From Sulfurimonadaceae bacterium (GTDB taxonomy: Bacteria; Campylobacterota; Campylobacteria; Campylobacterales; Sulfurimonadaceae), in the NCBI GenBank assembly GCA_041571435.1, contig JBFFUI010000004.1:30525-94524 (forward strand): DNA of 64,000 nt. Reading direction: 5' to 3'. Position numbers and translations under genes: made by a program. The notes beneath the pieces were generated by a model that saw nothing but the letters and a program-made list of their open reading frames with translations, ran no database searches and was not told the origin of the DNA. Shown in pieces: positions 1 through 9,866 of the stretch. Every line of letters begins with the position of its first letter. The stretch's first letter is position 1.

Positions 1-1
1 T

Positions 2-754
2 GAGATCGGCTTTGACATCATCATCACCGGTGCCGGTCTTCCGACCAACATGCCGGAATTTACAGAGGGCTATCCTGATGTTGCCCTTGTGCCGATCGTC
101 TCTTCACCCAAGGCACTGAAGATCATCGCTAAACGTTGGCAGAAGCGTTATGACCGTCTTCCCGACGCTGTGATCCTGGAAGGGCCGAAAAGCGGTGGTC
201 ACCAAGGCTTCACATATGAGCAGTGCGGGCTTGAAGAGAACCAGCTTGAAAACCTTGTCGAACCGGTTGTCGCTGAAGCAGCTTTATGGGGTGGTATGCC
301 GGTTGTCGCTGCGGGCGGTATCTGGGACAAAAATGACATCGATCAGATGATGGCGCTTGGCGCTGCCGGTGTGCAGATGGGAACCCGTTTTATCGGTACC
401 CATGAGTGTGATGCACATGATAATTTCAAAGAGGTCCTTCTTGCGGCAAAAGAGGAAGATATCCAGCTGATGGGCTCACCTGTCGGGTATCCTGCACGCG
501 GTGTCCGTACTAATCTTACTGCCCTAATAGAGACGCGTACTGGTCCGGAGATCAAATGTATCTCTAACTGTGTTGCACCATGTAACCGCGGTGTTGAGGC
601 AAAAGAGGTCGGTTTCTGTATTGCTGACCGTCTGAGCGATGCCTATGAAGGCAACAAAGAACTTGGGCTTTTCTTCTCCGGAACGAACGGCTACCGTCTG
701 AATGAACTTATCTCAGTCAAAGAGTTGATGGTAAAACTGACAGAAGGTGAATAG
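2..754 (+). CDS. fabX: Nitronate-monooxygenase-family flavoprotein, likely FabX-type acyl-ACP dehydrogenase/isomerase (5' truncated by window edge)
   Basis: Frame open from position 2 (EIGFDIIITGAGLP...). EGPKSGGHQG, AAGGI and GVQMGTRF motifs; Cys cluster CISNCVAPC...FCI. Directly upstream of amiA, as in Helicobacter/Campylobacter. Confidence 0.8.
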   Translation, partial: EIGFDIIITGAGLPTNMPEFTEGYPDVALVPIVSSPKALKIIAKRWQKRYDRLPDAVILEGPKSGGHQGFTYEQCGLEENQLENLVEPVVAEAALWGGMPVVAAGGIWDKNDIDQMMALGAAGVQMGTRFIGTHECDAHDNFKEVLLAAKEEDIQLMGSPVGYPARGVRTNLTALIETRTGPEIKCISNCVAPCNRGVEAKEVGFCIADRLSDAYEGNKELGLFFSGTNGYRLNELISVKELMVKLTEGE

Positions 755-760
755 CGCATA

Positions 761-2182
761 ATGCTGCGTCCGTTTCTTCTCCTGATTGTATTAACGACAC
801 TCCTTCTCGGCGGCTCGGTCCAGCAAGAGCTTGATGCCGCCAAAAAAAACCTCTACTCCTCCTCCAAAGAGAAACAGTTCCAAGCGTACGACACCTATAA
901 ACGCCACTATATCAAAGCCTTGTTCAACGGTGATGTCAAGACACAGATACGCTGTCTTGACGGCATCTGTATTGCCGGCAAAAAGCTTCGGATCGATGTC
1001 AGTGAATATGAGCAAAAGCGTGCTGGTATTGCGGCAGAAAATGCATTAGAGCAGAGTACAGAAGGTACTGCGGGTCCGACAAAAACAGAACGGATAAAAC
1101 CGCCAAAACCGCCAAAAGATAAACAGGTGGAGATCCGGTCCCAGCATGCTCTCAGAGGTTTTAGCTGGGAGGGCAATGCCCTTGTGCTTGATTTTGATTT
1201 TACGCTCCAAGCCAAGGATGTCAACTACTTCAAGCTCAGACCGGAAGGGAAGAAAGGACACCGTTACATCTTTGACATCCATGCGATCGTACGTAAAAAA
1301 CCGGTCATCAAACATAAAGAGATCAAACGCATTACGATCTCCCAATACAAGCGCGATACGATTCGTCTTGTCATAGAGAGTGACAAAAAACTGAAGCCGC
1401 GGTTCAGACTTGATGGCAGAGATTTGATAATCACACTGGGGGTCTCCAAAGTGTTTGCACCCAAGGCGAAGCAGATGCCGCGCGTAACCAAGAAAAACAA
1501 ACTTATCATCATCGACCCAGGTCATGGCGGTCGCGATGGGGGTGCTGTCGGGTTTAAAAAGTATCTTGAAAAGAGCATTGTGCTGCAGATATCCAATCGT
1601 CTGGCAAAACTGCTGCGTGAAGAGGGATACCAGGTGAAGATGACACGCGACAGCGACAAGACGCGCTCATTGAAGTGGCGTACCCGGTTTACCCGAAAGA
1701 ACAAGCCCGATCTCTTTCTCTCTATCCATGCCAATGCCGTTCCAAAGAAAAATGCATACAAGGCCAGTGGTGTCGAGATCTATTACCTGGATCCAAAAAA
1801 AGGGTCAAAGCGTTCAAGCCGGCTGGAACGTAAAGAGAATGCCGCGGACTATAAAGCGATGGACAAAAGTATCAGTGAGCTCTTCAGTGCAACACAGAGC
1901 CGTGCCAAAGTGCTTGAGTCCAACTTCCTGGCAATCGATCTGGGACAGAATGTGGTGAGCCGTCTTCGAGAGAAGAAGTATTCGCTCAAAGATGCGAAAG
2001 TCGCCGGGGGCAACTTCTGGGTTTTAGTCGGTGCAACGTCGGCAGCAGCCCTTGTCGAAGTCGGTTTTGTCACACACTCCAAAGAGGTAAAGCTCCTTGT
2101 CAACAAGCGTTACCAGCAGGCATTTGCCGAGGGATTGGCAGATGGTGTCGATCAGTACTTTATGAACAAAGAGCGTCGCTGA
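761..2182 (+). CDS. amiA: N-acetylmuramoyl-L-alanine amidase
   Basis: Signal peptide and AMIN-like middle region. Amidase_3 motifs IDPGHGG, EK, SIHAN and LVEVGF are intact. Confidence 0.93.
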   Translation: MLRPFLLLIVLTTLLLGGSVQQELDAAKKNLYSSSKEKQFQAYDTYKRHYIKALFNGDVKTQIRCLDGICIAGKKLRIDVSEYEQKRAGIAAENALEQSTEGTAGPTKTERIKPPKPPKDKQVEIRSQHALRGFSWEGNALVLDFDFTLQAKDVNYFKLRPEGKKGHRYIFDIHAIVRKKPVIKHKEIKRITISQYKRDTIRLVIESDKKLKPRFRLDGRDLIITLGVSKVFAPKAKQMPRVTKKNKLIIIDPGHGGRDGGAVGFKKYLEKSIVLQISNRLAKLLREEGYQVKMTRDSDKTRSLKWRTRFTRKNKPDLFLSIHANAVPKKNAYKASGVEIYYLDPKKGSKRSSRLERKENAADYKAMDKSISELFSATQSRAKVLESNFLAIDLGQNVVSRLREKKYSLKDAKVAGGNFWVLVGATSAAALVEVGFVTHSKEVKLLVNKRYQQAFAEGLADGVDQYFMNKERR

Positions 2183-2266
2183 CATCGAGGCAGCTTTATT
2201 CAGCAAAGCGACTATTCAAAGAGAAAACACACAGTCTTCGATTTGTGATCGTTGCAGAATCTACTT

Positions 2267-3340
2267 CTAGTCGGTCTTGTACTCTAATTTACCGGGCATG
2301 GCCTCTTTGGCATGGATAAGGTTCTCGATCTGTGTTTTGACCTTGTCGTAGCGGAACTGCTCTTTAAAGCCTTGTATGCGTCCACCGGCAGCATTCGGAT
2401 GACCGCCGCCGCCAGCCCACTCTTTTGAGATCTGTGCAACGTTGACCTTGTTATTGGCACGAAGGCTCATCGTACCGCGCGTCGAGACATCAACGATAAA
2501 GTCGTACTCAGGATAGGTGACCAGAAAGCCATTCCCGATGATAGAGGTGTTGCCTACGCCGTAGCTGAGAAATCCTTTGTACCCTTTGTAATAGATCGTC
2601 ATTGTCTCCATTTTGCTGCCCAGCAGCTTGACGATGAATCGTGTTGCGAGGTTGTCCAGCGTATCATCTGACGATTCGCGGAAGAACTCTTTTTTAAGTG
2701 CATGGATCTTCTCATCCAGCAGAATGTTGGCGTTCTCCACATTGACCATCTGTGCGGCCTCTTTAAGCAGGGCGACCTTGTATTTACGGTCTTCATCGCC
2801 GAAGACCACACGGTTCAGTTCGCGTGTTTCGGTGACCAGGCGCATGCAGACCTTGCCGTATTCAAAGTTATCAACTTCGTTTTGATGCCATAGATCAACG
2901 GCATCGACTACGGCAACATACTTCGGCATCCATTCGGGTTCATCCAGCTCAAACATCTCCCGTGCATATTCGTAAGTGAGTTTAGTGGCACACTTTTCCG
3001 TGTCTAAAAAGTACCAATCATACTTGTTGGCACAATCTTGACCGCTGCCATGATGGTCACGAAGGATGATCTGGACCTTTTTCCCCTTTTCATTTAGGTT
3101 CTCTACCTCTCTGTTAAGCCACTTTGCCTCATCAGCTGTCAGGTTAAGGTCGGTAATAAAGATAATAGACTCCTCATCACTCTTCTTGAGACATTCCAGA
3201 ATCTCATTTAGACGTTCAATGACTTCCGCACCGTAGTTGGCATTATAGGCGTGAACCTTGTAGGGCGTGTACTCCATGATAAGCTGGCATGAGTAGCCGT
3301 CGAGGTCAATGTGGGAAAGATGATAGATCGTAGGTCGCAT
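2267..3340 (-). CDS. DHH/DHHA1 family phosphoesterase (NrnB-like oligoribonuclease)
   Basis: HIDLDG, ITDL, RDHH and GGGGHPNAAG motifs. Confidence 0.85.
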   Translation of the reverse strand: MRPTIYHLSHIDLDGYSCQLIMEYTPYKVHAYNANYGAEVIERLNEILECLKKSDEESIIFITDLNLTADEAKWLNREVENLNEKGKKVQIILRDHHGSGQDCANKYDWYFLDTEKCATKLTYEYAREMFELDEPEWMPKYVAVVDAVDLWHQNEVDNFEYGKVCMRLVTETRELNRVVFGDEDRKYKVALLKEAAQMVNVENANILLDEKIHALKKEFFRESSDDTLDNLATRFIVKLLGSKMETMTIYYKGYKGFLSYGVGNTSIIGNGFLVTYPEYDFIVDVSTRGTMSLRANNKVNVAQISKEWAGGGGHPNAAGGRIQGFKEQFRYDKVKTQIENLIHAKEAMPGKLEYKTD

Positions 3341-3417
3341 TAAGATCCTTTAGAATGGATGGTTTTTGAATATGTTTTATGTTCAGTCGCTGCGCAGTGT
3401 GGAGCGAAAGAGAAGCG

Positions 3418-3822
3418 TTATTGTTCCATGATGTCAGCCAGGGTCAGCTGTTCAAGAAAATTGTCGATCTTACCCTGCAGACGATTTAAAAATGGCCAAA
3501 TAGAACAGGCCGACGCTTTTTCGGAAGGGCATTTGTTCTCACTCGAAGCACAGTCGAAAACGGCCGGCGATTTTCCTTCAGCTGCGCACATGATGGCATG
3601 GACAGTGATCTCGCTACTCTCCTGTGCCAGGGCAAACCCCCCATGGGCCCCCTTAAATGAGTTAAGAATACCTTTACGTGCCATCGCCTGAAGTATTTTG
3701 GCCAAAAAGCTTTTGGAGATATCCAGTTCACGAGAGAGGGTATCAGCATCCATAGGCTTGTCAGCTTTTGCAAGCACGATTAGTGATAAAAGAGCGTATT
3801 CGCTTGCGCGGGTCATTAACAT
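3418..3822 (-). CDS. Rrf2 family transcriptional regulator (3-Cys, probably Fe-S binding)
   Basis: TRASEYAL, SFKGAHGGF wHTH motifs and three C-terminal Cys. Start moved to the ATG at 3822. Confidence 0.9.
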   Translation of the reverse strand: MLMTRASEYALLSLIVLAKADKPMDADTLSRELDISKSFLAKILQAMARKGILNSFKGAHGGFALAQESSEITVHAIMCAAEGKSPAVFDCASSENKCPSEKASACSIWPFLNRLQGKIDNFLEQLTLADIMEQ

Positions 3823-3848
3823 GGCATCATCTCGGATAATTTTTGTAT

Positions 3849-3860
3849 GATTATAGCACA
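3849..3860 (-). promoter_or_regulatory. Extended -10 promoter (TGnTATAAT) for rrf2
   Basis: Minus strand reads tgtgctataat about 30 nt upstream of the rrf2 start. Confidence 0.55.
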
Positions 3861-3962
3861 CCGAACTTTGAGGGTTTGCAGTAGTCGCGAAGTGTAATAA
3901 ATTTTTTACATTTGAAAATTGGAAGATTTTATAGTCGGTGATAGGAAAATAAAGAATAATTA

Positions 3963-3976
3963 GCTATAATTCGCGC
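3963..3976 (+). promoter_or_regulatory. sigma70-type -10 box with GC-rich discriminator for rpsO
   Basis: gcTATAATtcgcgc upstream of rpsO, followed by a GGAGG RBS. Confidence 0.6.
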
Positions 3977-4022
3977 TCAACAATCATTGTGATTGAAATT
4001 TTATACCCTTACGGAGGCTATT

Positions 4023-4298
4023 ATGGCTTTAGATGCGGCGAAAAAACAAGAAATTGTAAGCAAATTCGGAAAAAATGACACGGACACTGGTTCTACAGAG
4101 GTTCAAATTGCACTATTGAGTGCTCGTATTACAGAGTTGACTGAACACCTTAAGTCTTTCAAGAAAGATCACGCTTCACGTCTTGGTCTTCTTAAATTGG
4201 TTGGTCAACGTCGTCGTTTGATGCGTTACCTAAAACGTAAAGACAGAGAAAGTTACCTCAAAACGATTGAAGCACTTTCAATCCGCGACAACATCTAA
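4023..4298 (+). CDS. rpsO: 30S ribosomal protein S15
   Basis: [40 protein letters not shown] at 4023 follows GGAGG. Confidence 0.98.
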   Translation: MALDAAKKQEIVSKFGKNDTDTGSTEVQIALLSARITELTEHLKSFKKDHASRLGLLKLVGQRRRLMRYLKRKDRESYLKTIEALSIRDNI

Positions 4299-4305
4299 TT
4301 TCTCT

Positions 4306-4342
4306 TGCAACGCATCTGCGTTGCACTTTACTAACCTTTTTA
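4306..4342 (+). terminator. Probable intrinsic terminator of rpsO
   Basis: Perfect 8-bp stem tgcaacgc-atct-gcgttgca just after the stop, followed by a T-rich tract. Confidence 0.55.
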
Positions 4343-4477
4343 TTTCCCCCTGTTTTACACACTATTCAACTTTTATCGTGAGATATATATCACTTTTGCT
4401 TATTATAACCATCCACTTGCTACTCTTTAGCCATTTAAAAAAATGATAATCCAGCTCTTTAGAGGTTAGATAAAAGA

Positions 4478-5764
4478 ATGTATAAAACCGTATTATTACT
4501 ATGTATGTCAATGTTGATCTTAAATGCACAGGGCGATTCAAAAAAAGAGGGCGCTTATGTCACTTTGATGCACCAGAACGCTTGTGCTGCAAGCGAAAAA
4601 GAGGCGATACTGCAAGTGGATACACTGCTCAAGAAGAGGTGCGGTATCGATTCAATTCATCTCTATTCCAAAAACATCTACATCCGTCAAAACAGAAACG
4701 CTAAAGGCGAGTATTGTGTGAAAGGCATTGTGACACAAGAGGGGTTTGAACGTTACAGAGCTGAACTTGCAGCGGAATATGAATCCATCATGGGCGAGAT
4801 CGAAGATCTTAATGACGGTATCAGTTATATAAAAAAGCAAGAAGAGGTTGACAATCTCTACCAGGAAGTGCAGCGCTTAAACGAAAAGATTGCTGCTGCC
4901 GAGAAGATCGCGCCGATTGCGATTGAACAGATTGCTGCGACAAAGGCTTCTTTGAGCAAGATGATCAATGCTGCACCGGTCGTGAGTTTCAAGGTTACCG
5001 GCTGTAAGGGGAAGTATGAAACAGCATGCCGATTGGTATTTGTCTCATCTATTCAAGACGACTCTTCAACGGTTGTGTATGACTGGAACTTCGGTGACGG
5101 CACGCACTCCAAGCTCATCAACCCGGTACACTATTTCCAAAAACCAGGAAACTATAAAGTCACACTGCAGATAACTGATGGCGGGGAAAAACAGACTAAA
5201 GTGAGTAAGCGACTCCATGTGTCGTCAAAACTAAAACCAGCAATCAATCAGAAACCGGATGCCGGTTTTAAAACAGACAAAAAAGTGTATGTCAGCGGAG
5301 AGAGTGTCAATTTTATCAACCTCTCAAGCAGTAAAAATTCCAACATGACAGAATACAGCTGGAACTTTGGTGATGGCCAAAACTCCAAACTGGATCATCC
5401 AAAACACAGTTTCAAAAAACCGGGCGCCTACAAGGTGCGTCTTGTCGCCAAAGACAGTGACGGCCTGCAAGCTGATGTAGTACAAACGATACATGTCGTT
5501 CATCCTGCCATAAAGTATGCCGAAAAAGGGGTAAAGTTTACCCGGGTCGTACGCAAGTACGGACAGCCTGAAAAGTCGATCGTCAAAAGCGGAACGTTGA
5601 TTCAGGCATATCAATATGGAGATGATTGGCTTTTGGTAAAGCAGAATAAAATTGCGTGTCGAATACAAGGCGGCTCATTCAAGACAAACATGATGGGGAG
5701 TCCAAAAGACTGTAACTGGTATGAAAAACATGCGGCTTCGGCCATGTATTTTTCAGGCATGTAA
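4478..5764 (+). CDS. Secreted protein with two PKD domains and an uncharacterised C-terminal domain
   Basis: Signal peptide; two WNFGDG...P.H.F.KPG.Y.V.L PKD signatures; coiled-coil N-terminal region. Confidence 0.85.
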   Translation: MYKTVLLLCMSMLILNAQGDSKKEGAYVTLMHQNACAASEKEAILQVDTLLKKRCGIDSIHLYSKNIYIRQNRNAKGEYCVKGIVTQEGFERYRAELAAEYESIMGEIEDLNDGISYIKKQEEVDNLYQEVQRLNEKIAAAEKIAPIAIEQIAATKASLSKMINAAPVVSFKVTGCKGKYETACRLVFVSSIQDDSSTVVYDWNFGDGTHSKLINPVHYFQKPGNYKVTLQITDGGEKQTKVSKRLHVSSKLKPAINQKPDAGFKTDKKVYVSGESVNFINLSSSKNSNMTEYSWNFGDGQNSKLDHPKHSFKKPGAYKVRLVAKDSDGLQADVVQTIHVVHPAIKYAEKGVKFTRVVRKYGQPEKSIVKSGTLIQAYQYGDDWLLVKQNKIACRIQGGSFKTNMMGSPKDCNWYEKHAASAMYFSGM

Positions 5765-5843
5765 GAGCTCTTAGAGAGAGATAAGGACTTTTATGTATAA
5801 TAAAGATAATTTTTAAAACATTTAATTGTAATAAAGGTCTGGC

Positions 5844-7244
5844 TTGCGATATTTTAGTTTAATCAGTGTTGTTTTGTTACTGTTGTTGTTCTCGGGGTGT
5901 AAAGTCGAGTTCGTATCGAGAGCGGATAACTCCAAGGTCTATGCGTCCGGATCAGCTTGTGGCAGTAAAAGAGAACAGGTACAGGAAAATGCCGTCAATG
6001 CATTAATCCGAGAATATCCACTGATCGCTGAAGATCTGAAACCTTACGTCAAAATCAATAAAGTCGATGCAAACAGGACACTCTGTTATGATGCCGTCAT
6101 CACTAAAAAAGCGTGGAGCCGCTTCAGCGATACCCTTCAAAACAGAAAAGATGAGATCAACAAATACAGTGAAAAAAATCAGAAGGTCTTTGAATACAAC
6201 AACAAAGATATCCTGATAAAGACGATGATAACTGAACGTCGTCAATTCAACAATAAGTTGGCAAGTGCAAAAAAACTTGCGCCTGTCGATATCGAACCTT
6301 TTGCCGTTGATTACAATAAAGTGAAAAAATCTATCAATGTGCTTCCTTCTGCCAAGATCATAGTGCGTTCGTGTAATAAAAGCAAAAATTACAACTGCCC
6401 CGTCACTTTCGTTGCAGAGGTCAACGACGAATCGAAAAACCTGACTTATGCGTGGGATTTCGGAGATGGTTCCAAATCGGAAAAGAAAAACCCGATCTAT
6501 ACTTATAATGAAGAGGGCCGGTACAATGTCTCGCTTGAAGTGACAGATGAGACAGGTCTAAGTACCTACCGATCCAAAGATATTCTGGTAAGCAAAAGTA
6601 AACAGCGTCAGGAGACCGGTCGCAAAAATAACCTGAAAGCCTATTTCATTATGCATCAAAAGTCCTACACTGTCAATTCGCTAGTAGAGTTTGACAACCG
6701 TTCTCAAAGCGACTACAGTAAGATCAAGAGCTATTTATGGAAGTTCGGTGACGATACGGAGTCAACTGAACGCAATCCTAAACACCGTTATAAGAAAGAA
6801 GGAAAATATGTTGTCAAGTACAAGGTCTGCACGAATGATGATGTCTGTGCCTATGCTTCTACAAGTGTCAATGTTGTTCCGAAGCCTCAGAAAACAAAGC
6901 CGGTAACAGCGAAAAAGACAAGTGTTAAAAAGACAAGTGCTAAAAAGACAAGTGTTAAAAAGACAAGTGCTAAAAAGATCAAGCGAGCTGCAATCGATGC
7001 CAAAGCGGGTGAAGATATCCAGGCCTATATCGCAAGTCACGGTCAACCGTCTAAAAAGATCATCAAGAAAAAAGGGACGACCAAAGCGTACAAATATGGC
7101 AATATATGGCTACTGGCCAAACGTGGAAGGATCGAGTGTGCCGTACTGGACAAGGGCCTTTCGACCAACCTGATGGGTCAGCCTAAAAAGTGCCACTGGC
7201 ATGAAAAACATGCCAAACAGTATATGGTCGATCTGCAAGAATAG
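5844..7244 (+). CDS. PKD-domain lipoprotein, paralogue of the upstream gene
   Basis: TTG start, lipobox LFSGC, WDFGDG and WKFGDD PKD motifs, Lys-rich linker, same C-terminal domain as 4478-5764. Confidence 0.85.
   Translation: MRYFSLISVVLLLLLFSGCKVEFVSRADNSKVYASGSACGSKREQVQENAVNALIREYPLIAEDLKPYVKINKVDANRTLCYDAVITKKAWSRFSDTLQNRKDEINKYSEKNQKVFEYNNKDILIKTMITERRQFNNKLASAKKLAPVDIEPFAVDYNKVKKSINVLPSAKIIVRSCNKSKNYNCPVTFVAEVNDESKNLTYAWDFGDGSKSEKKNPIYTYNEEGRYNVSLEVTDETGLSTYRSKDILVSKSKQRQETGRKNNLKAYFIMHQKSYTVNSLVEFDNRSQSDYSKIKSYLWKFGDDTESTERNPKHRYKKEGKYVVKYKVCTNDDVCAYASTSVNVVPKPQKTKPVTAKKTSVKKTSAKKTSVKKTSAKKIKRAAIDAKAGEDIQAYIASHGQPSKKIIKKKGTTKAYKYGNIWLLAKRGRIECAVLDKGLSTNLMGQPKKCHWHEKHAKQYMVDLQE
6912..6978 (+). 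repeat. In-frame 15-bp tandem repeat (4 copies plus a partial) encoding KKTSV/KKTSA
   Basis: aaaaagacaagtgtt and aaaaagacaagtgct alternate, forming a perfect 30-bp unit twice, then aaaaaga. Confidence 0.95.
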
Positions 7245-7370
7245 TCGTTGTAAAAACGTAAACATAACGTTCACACATGATGTATATAACTGTATACGCG
7301 TTGACGTTACAGTTAGAGTCTCGTCCATCTTTTATTGGCAGAGATATTCTGCAATGAGATGAGGAATACT

Positions 7371-7949
7371 CTACTTGAAGAATGCTCTTTTTGTGATGAT
7401 CTCGTCTTGAAACTGCAGAAATGCAGAACGTGATGCGATCTCAACGGCGTGAGTCGGGTTGCGTTGGTAATCGCCGAAGTTGGCGATCCCTTTACCCTGT
7501 GCATAAGTCGTGAAGAGCTCTCTGTTGTCGCTGCCGGTTACCCTGACCTTTAAGATCATATTGAACTTGGTCGGCTGCCAGTCAACATTGGAGTTGGAGA
7601 AAGAGAAAGTCTCTATCTCAGGGACAAAGAGAAATTGTATAAGGTGCTCTTTGATCTTGGCATCATCGAGCGAGTCGATCTTATAGACTTTGGTAAAGAT
7701 ATTGTCCAGTACCTTTTTGAAAGCAGATTCGGTATCTTTATAGGGTGTGTAACGCAGTTCGTCATTGTTACCGCCGGGTGTCGTGATACGCTGCACAAAC
7801 CGATCAGGCGGAATGTAATAGGCGACCGTTCTTTCTATGGTGACGGGACGGACCTTCTTGACCTTAGAGAGCTCAGGGGCTACTGAGATATCATGGATAC
7901 ATCCGCTCAGCATGAGCAGTACAAAAACGGAAGAGAGCAGTTTGAACAT
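7371..7949 (-). CDS. Hypothetical lipoprotein
   Basis: Lipobox LSGC; start abuts the kdsB stop codon. Confidence 0.75.
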   Translation of the reverse strand: MFKLLSSVFVLLMLSGCIHDISVAPELSKVKKVRPVTIERTVAYYIPPDRFVQRITTPGGNNDELRYTPYKDTESAFKKVLDNIFTKVYKIDSLDDAKIKEHLIQFLFVPEIETFSFSNSNVDWQPTKFNMILKVRVTGSDNRELFTTYAQGKGIANFGDYQRNPTHAVEIASRSAFLQFQDEIITKRAFFK

Positions 7950-8675
7950 CTACTTCTCTTTTAAAAAGATCTCTTTGGCACGCGCAAGATCCTCTTCGGT
8001 ATCGATACCGAAACCGGTGCTGGCAACCTTGACCATTGAAATCTTGCGGCCGTGATAGATAGCACGCAGTTGCTCGAGTTTTTCGATATCTTCGATAGGT
8101 GCGTCATCTAGTGAACAGAAAGTGTGCAGACTATTTTTTGTAAAACCGTAGATACCGATATGGCCGAAGTAGGTGGCGGCACCACTACGGTTGTAGGGAA
8201 TCATTGAACGGGAGAAATAGATGGCGTTGTGATCAGCGTCCATGATGACTTTGACGAGGTTCGGATCATCCGCCGCTTCAGCATTGATCGCGTTGTAACA
8301 GCTGGCCATGATGAAAACACGCCCATCCTCTTTAAGGCTATTGAGCCGATCAATAAGGGAGATAAGGACCTCCGGTTCGATAAACGGCTCATCTGCCTGG
8401 ATGTTGATGACCAGCTCATCGTCATCAATGTCAAGGAGCTGGGCACATTCGTTAATGCGGTCGGTGCCGCTTTTGTGGGTCGTGGATGTCAGCATCGCTT
8501 TGATGCCGTGGCTTCTGCACACGTCGATGATCTTCTCGTCATCGGCTGCAACTACCACATCATCAAGATGCATTACCTGTTTTGCTGTACGCACGACCAT
8601 CGGCAAACCACCGATGTCGGCCAAGACTTTGTTGGGAAAACGTGTGGATGCCATACGCGCCGGGATAATGATCAT
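7950..8675 (-). CDS. kdsB: 3-deoxy-manno-octulosonate cytidylyltransferase
   Basis: IIPARMASTRFPNK, SGTDR, NIQADEP, HIGIYG, LEQLR and GIDT motifs. Start set at MIIIPAR. Confidence 0.96.
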   Translation of the reverse strand: MIIIPARMASTRFPNKVLADIGGLPMVVRTAKQVMHLDDVVVAADDEKIIDVCRSHGIKAMLTSTTHKSGTDRINECAQLLDIDDDELVINIQADEPFIEPEVLISLIDRLNSLKEDGRVFIMASCYNAINAEAADDPNLVKVIMDADHNAIYFSRSMIPYNRSGAATYFGHIGIYGFTKNSLHTFCSLDDAPIEDIEKLEQLRAIYHGRKISMVKVASTGFGIDTEEDLARAKEIFLKEK

Positions 8676-8802
8676 ATAATGCCTTCTATTCACCCTACTA
8701 GGGTATAATTTTGGTAATTATAACATAGGCACAATATTACGAAACCGACGCTATCATCAGATGTCTGGTTCCTTGTGTAATCAGATGCCAAGAGGAAGGT
8801 CT

Positions 8803-9498
8803 ATGCTGTTCTATCAGCCTGAAAGCGGTTATCGTTACAATAGTGACTCTCTCTTTTTGTATGATTTTATCTCCTCATTCAACCCGCGCGGCCGTATGCT
8901 TGATGTCGGTGCGGGAAGCGGTGTGGTCGGTCTTCTGGTTGCACGCGACAATCCAAGGGTCCATCTCGAAGCGGTTGAGAAGCAAGAGGCCTTCGTCTTT
9001 CTGGCAACCAAGAATGCAGCAATAAACAAGATTCCGTACACCCTTCATCAGACCGATTTTTTGGAGTATGAAGATGAAGCGGGTTTTGAATATATCGTCT
9101 CCAACCCGCCTTTTTATCATGAAGGGGCATCCCGAAGCGAAGACGAGATGGTCCATACTGCCCGGTACAACATCCATCTTCCGATTGGGAAGTTTGTTAA
9201 AAAAGCGGCGTCGCTTTTACGGCCACAGGGCCATTTTATATTTTGTTACGATGCGCAGCAGTTCGGGCTTTTGTGTGCGGCTCTGGACAACGCGAAATTA
9301 AGAGTTGTTGATGTACAATTCGTCCACTCGAAACGTGACAGAAAGGCCTCGATAGTGATGGTCCACGCACGTAAAAACTCAAAGTCTCTGATGACGGTAT
9401 GGCCCCCTTTTTTCGCGTTTGAGGGGAACGAATATTCCAAAGAGGCGGCAGCGATCTATTCTAAAGCAAGGACACATACATTACGATGTCAGATCTAA
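8803..9498 (+). CDS. tRNA1(Val) (adenine(37)-N6)-methyltransferase family (TrmN6/YfiC)
   Basis: YQPESGYRYNSDS, LDVGAGSG and NPPF motifs. ATG at 8803 follows an AGGAAGG RBS. Confidence 0.85.
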   Translation: MLFYQPESGYRYNSDSLFLYDFISSFNPRGRMLDVGAGSGVVGLLVARDNPRVHLEAVEKQEAFVFLATKNAAINKIPYTLHQTDFLEYEDEAGFEYIVSNPPFYHEGASRSEDEMVHTARYNIHLPIGKFVKKAASLLRPQGHFIFCYDAQQFGLLCAALDNAKLRVVDVQFVHSKRDRKASIVMVHARKNSKSLMTVWPPFFAFEGNEYSKEAAAIYSKARTHTLRCQI

Positions 9499-9866
9499 TA
9501 CGCCAAGACGGTTTTGATTATGCTTTTGTCCCATCCGCTTGTGATAGCTGCGAAGGGCGCTGCTGTACAGGTGAGAGCGGAAATATCTTCGTATCGCCAC
9601 AGGAGATCGCTGAATTGGCCTTGCATCTTGACATGGATGAGCAGCTCTTCCGTGATACCTACCTGCTTAAAAAAGGGTACAAGTTCTCATTGAAAGAGCG
9701 TATTGTCGGCATGTCACATGACTGTATTTTTTTCGATCGGAAGATCGGCGGTTGCGGTGTGTATGAAGCCCGGCCTCTACAGTGCAGAACCTTTCCTTTT
9801 TGGGACTATTTTAAAACACATCTTGGTGAACTGAAACGTGAATGTCCGGGAATCGTTGATGTATAA
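9486..9866 (+). CDS. YkgJ family cysteine-cluster protein
   Basis: CDSCEGRCC...CIFF...CGVYEARPLQCRTFPFW...CPG. Confidence 0.88.
   Translation: MSDLIRQDGFDYAFVPSACDSCEGRCCTGESGNIFVSPQEIAELALHLDMDEQLFRDTYLLKKGYKFSLKERIVGMSHDCIFFDRKIGGCGVYEARPLQCRTFPFWDYFKTHLGELKRECPGIVDV

Noticed and set aside
6912-6978. Possible CRISPR-like repeat
   Set aside because: Units are directly adjacent with no spacers, lie in frame in a CDS, and no cas genes are present.
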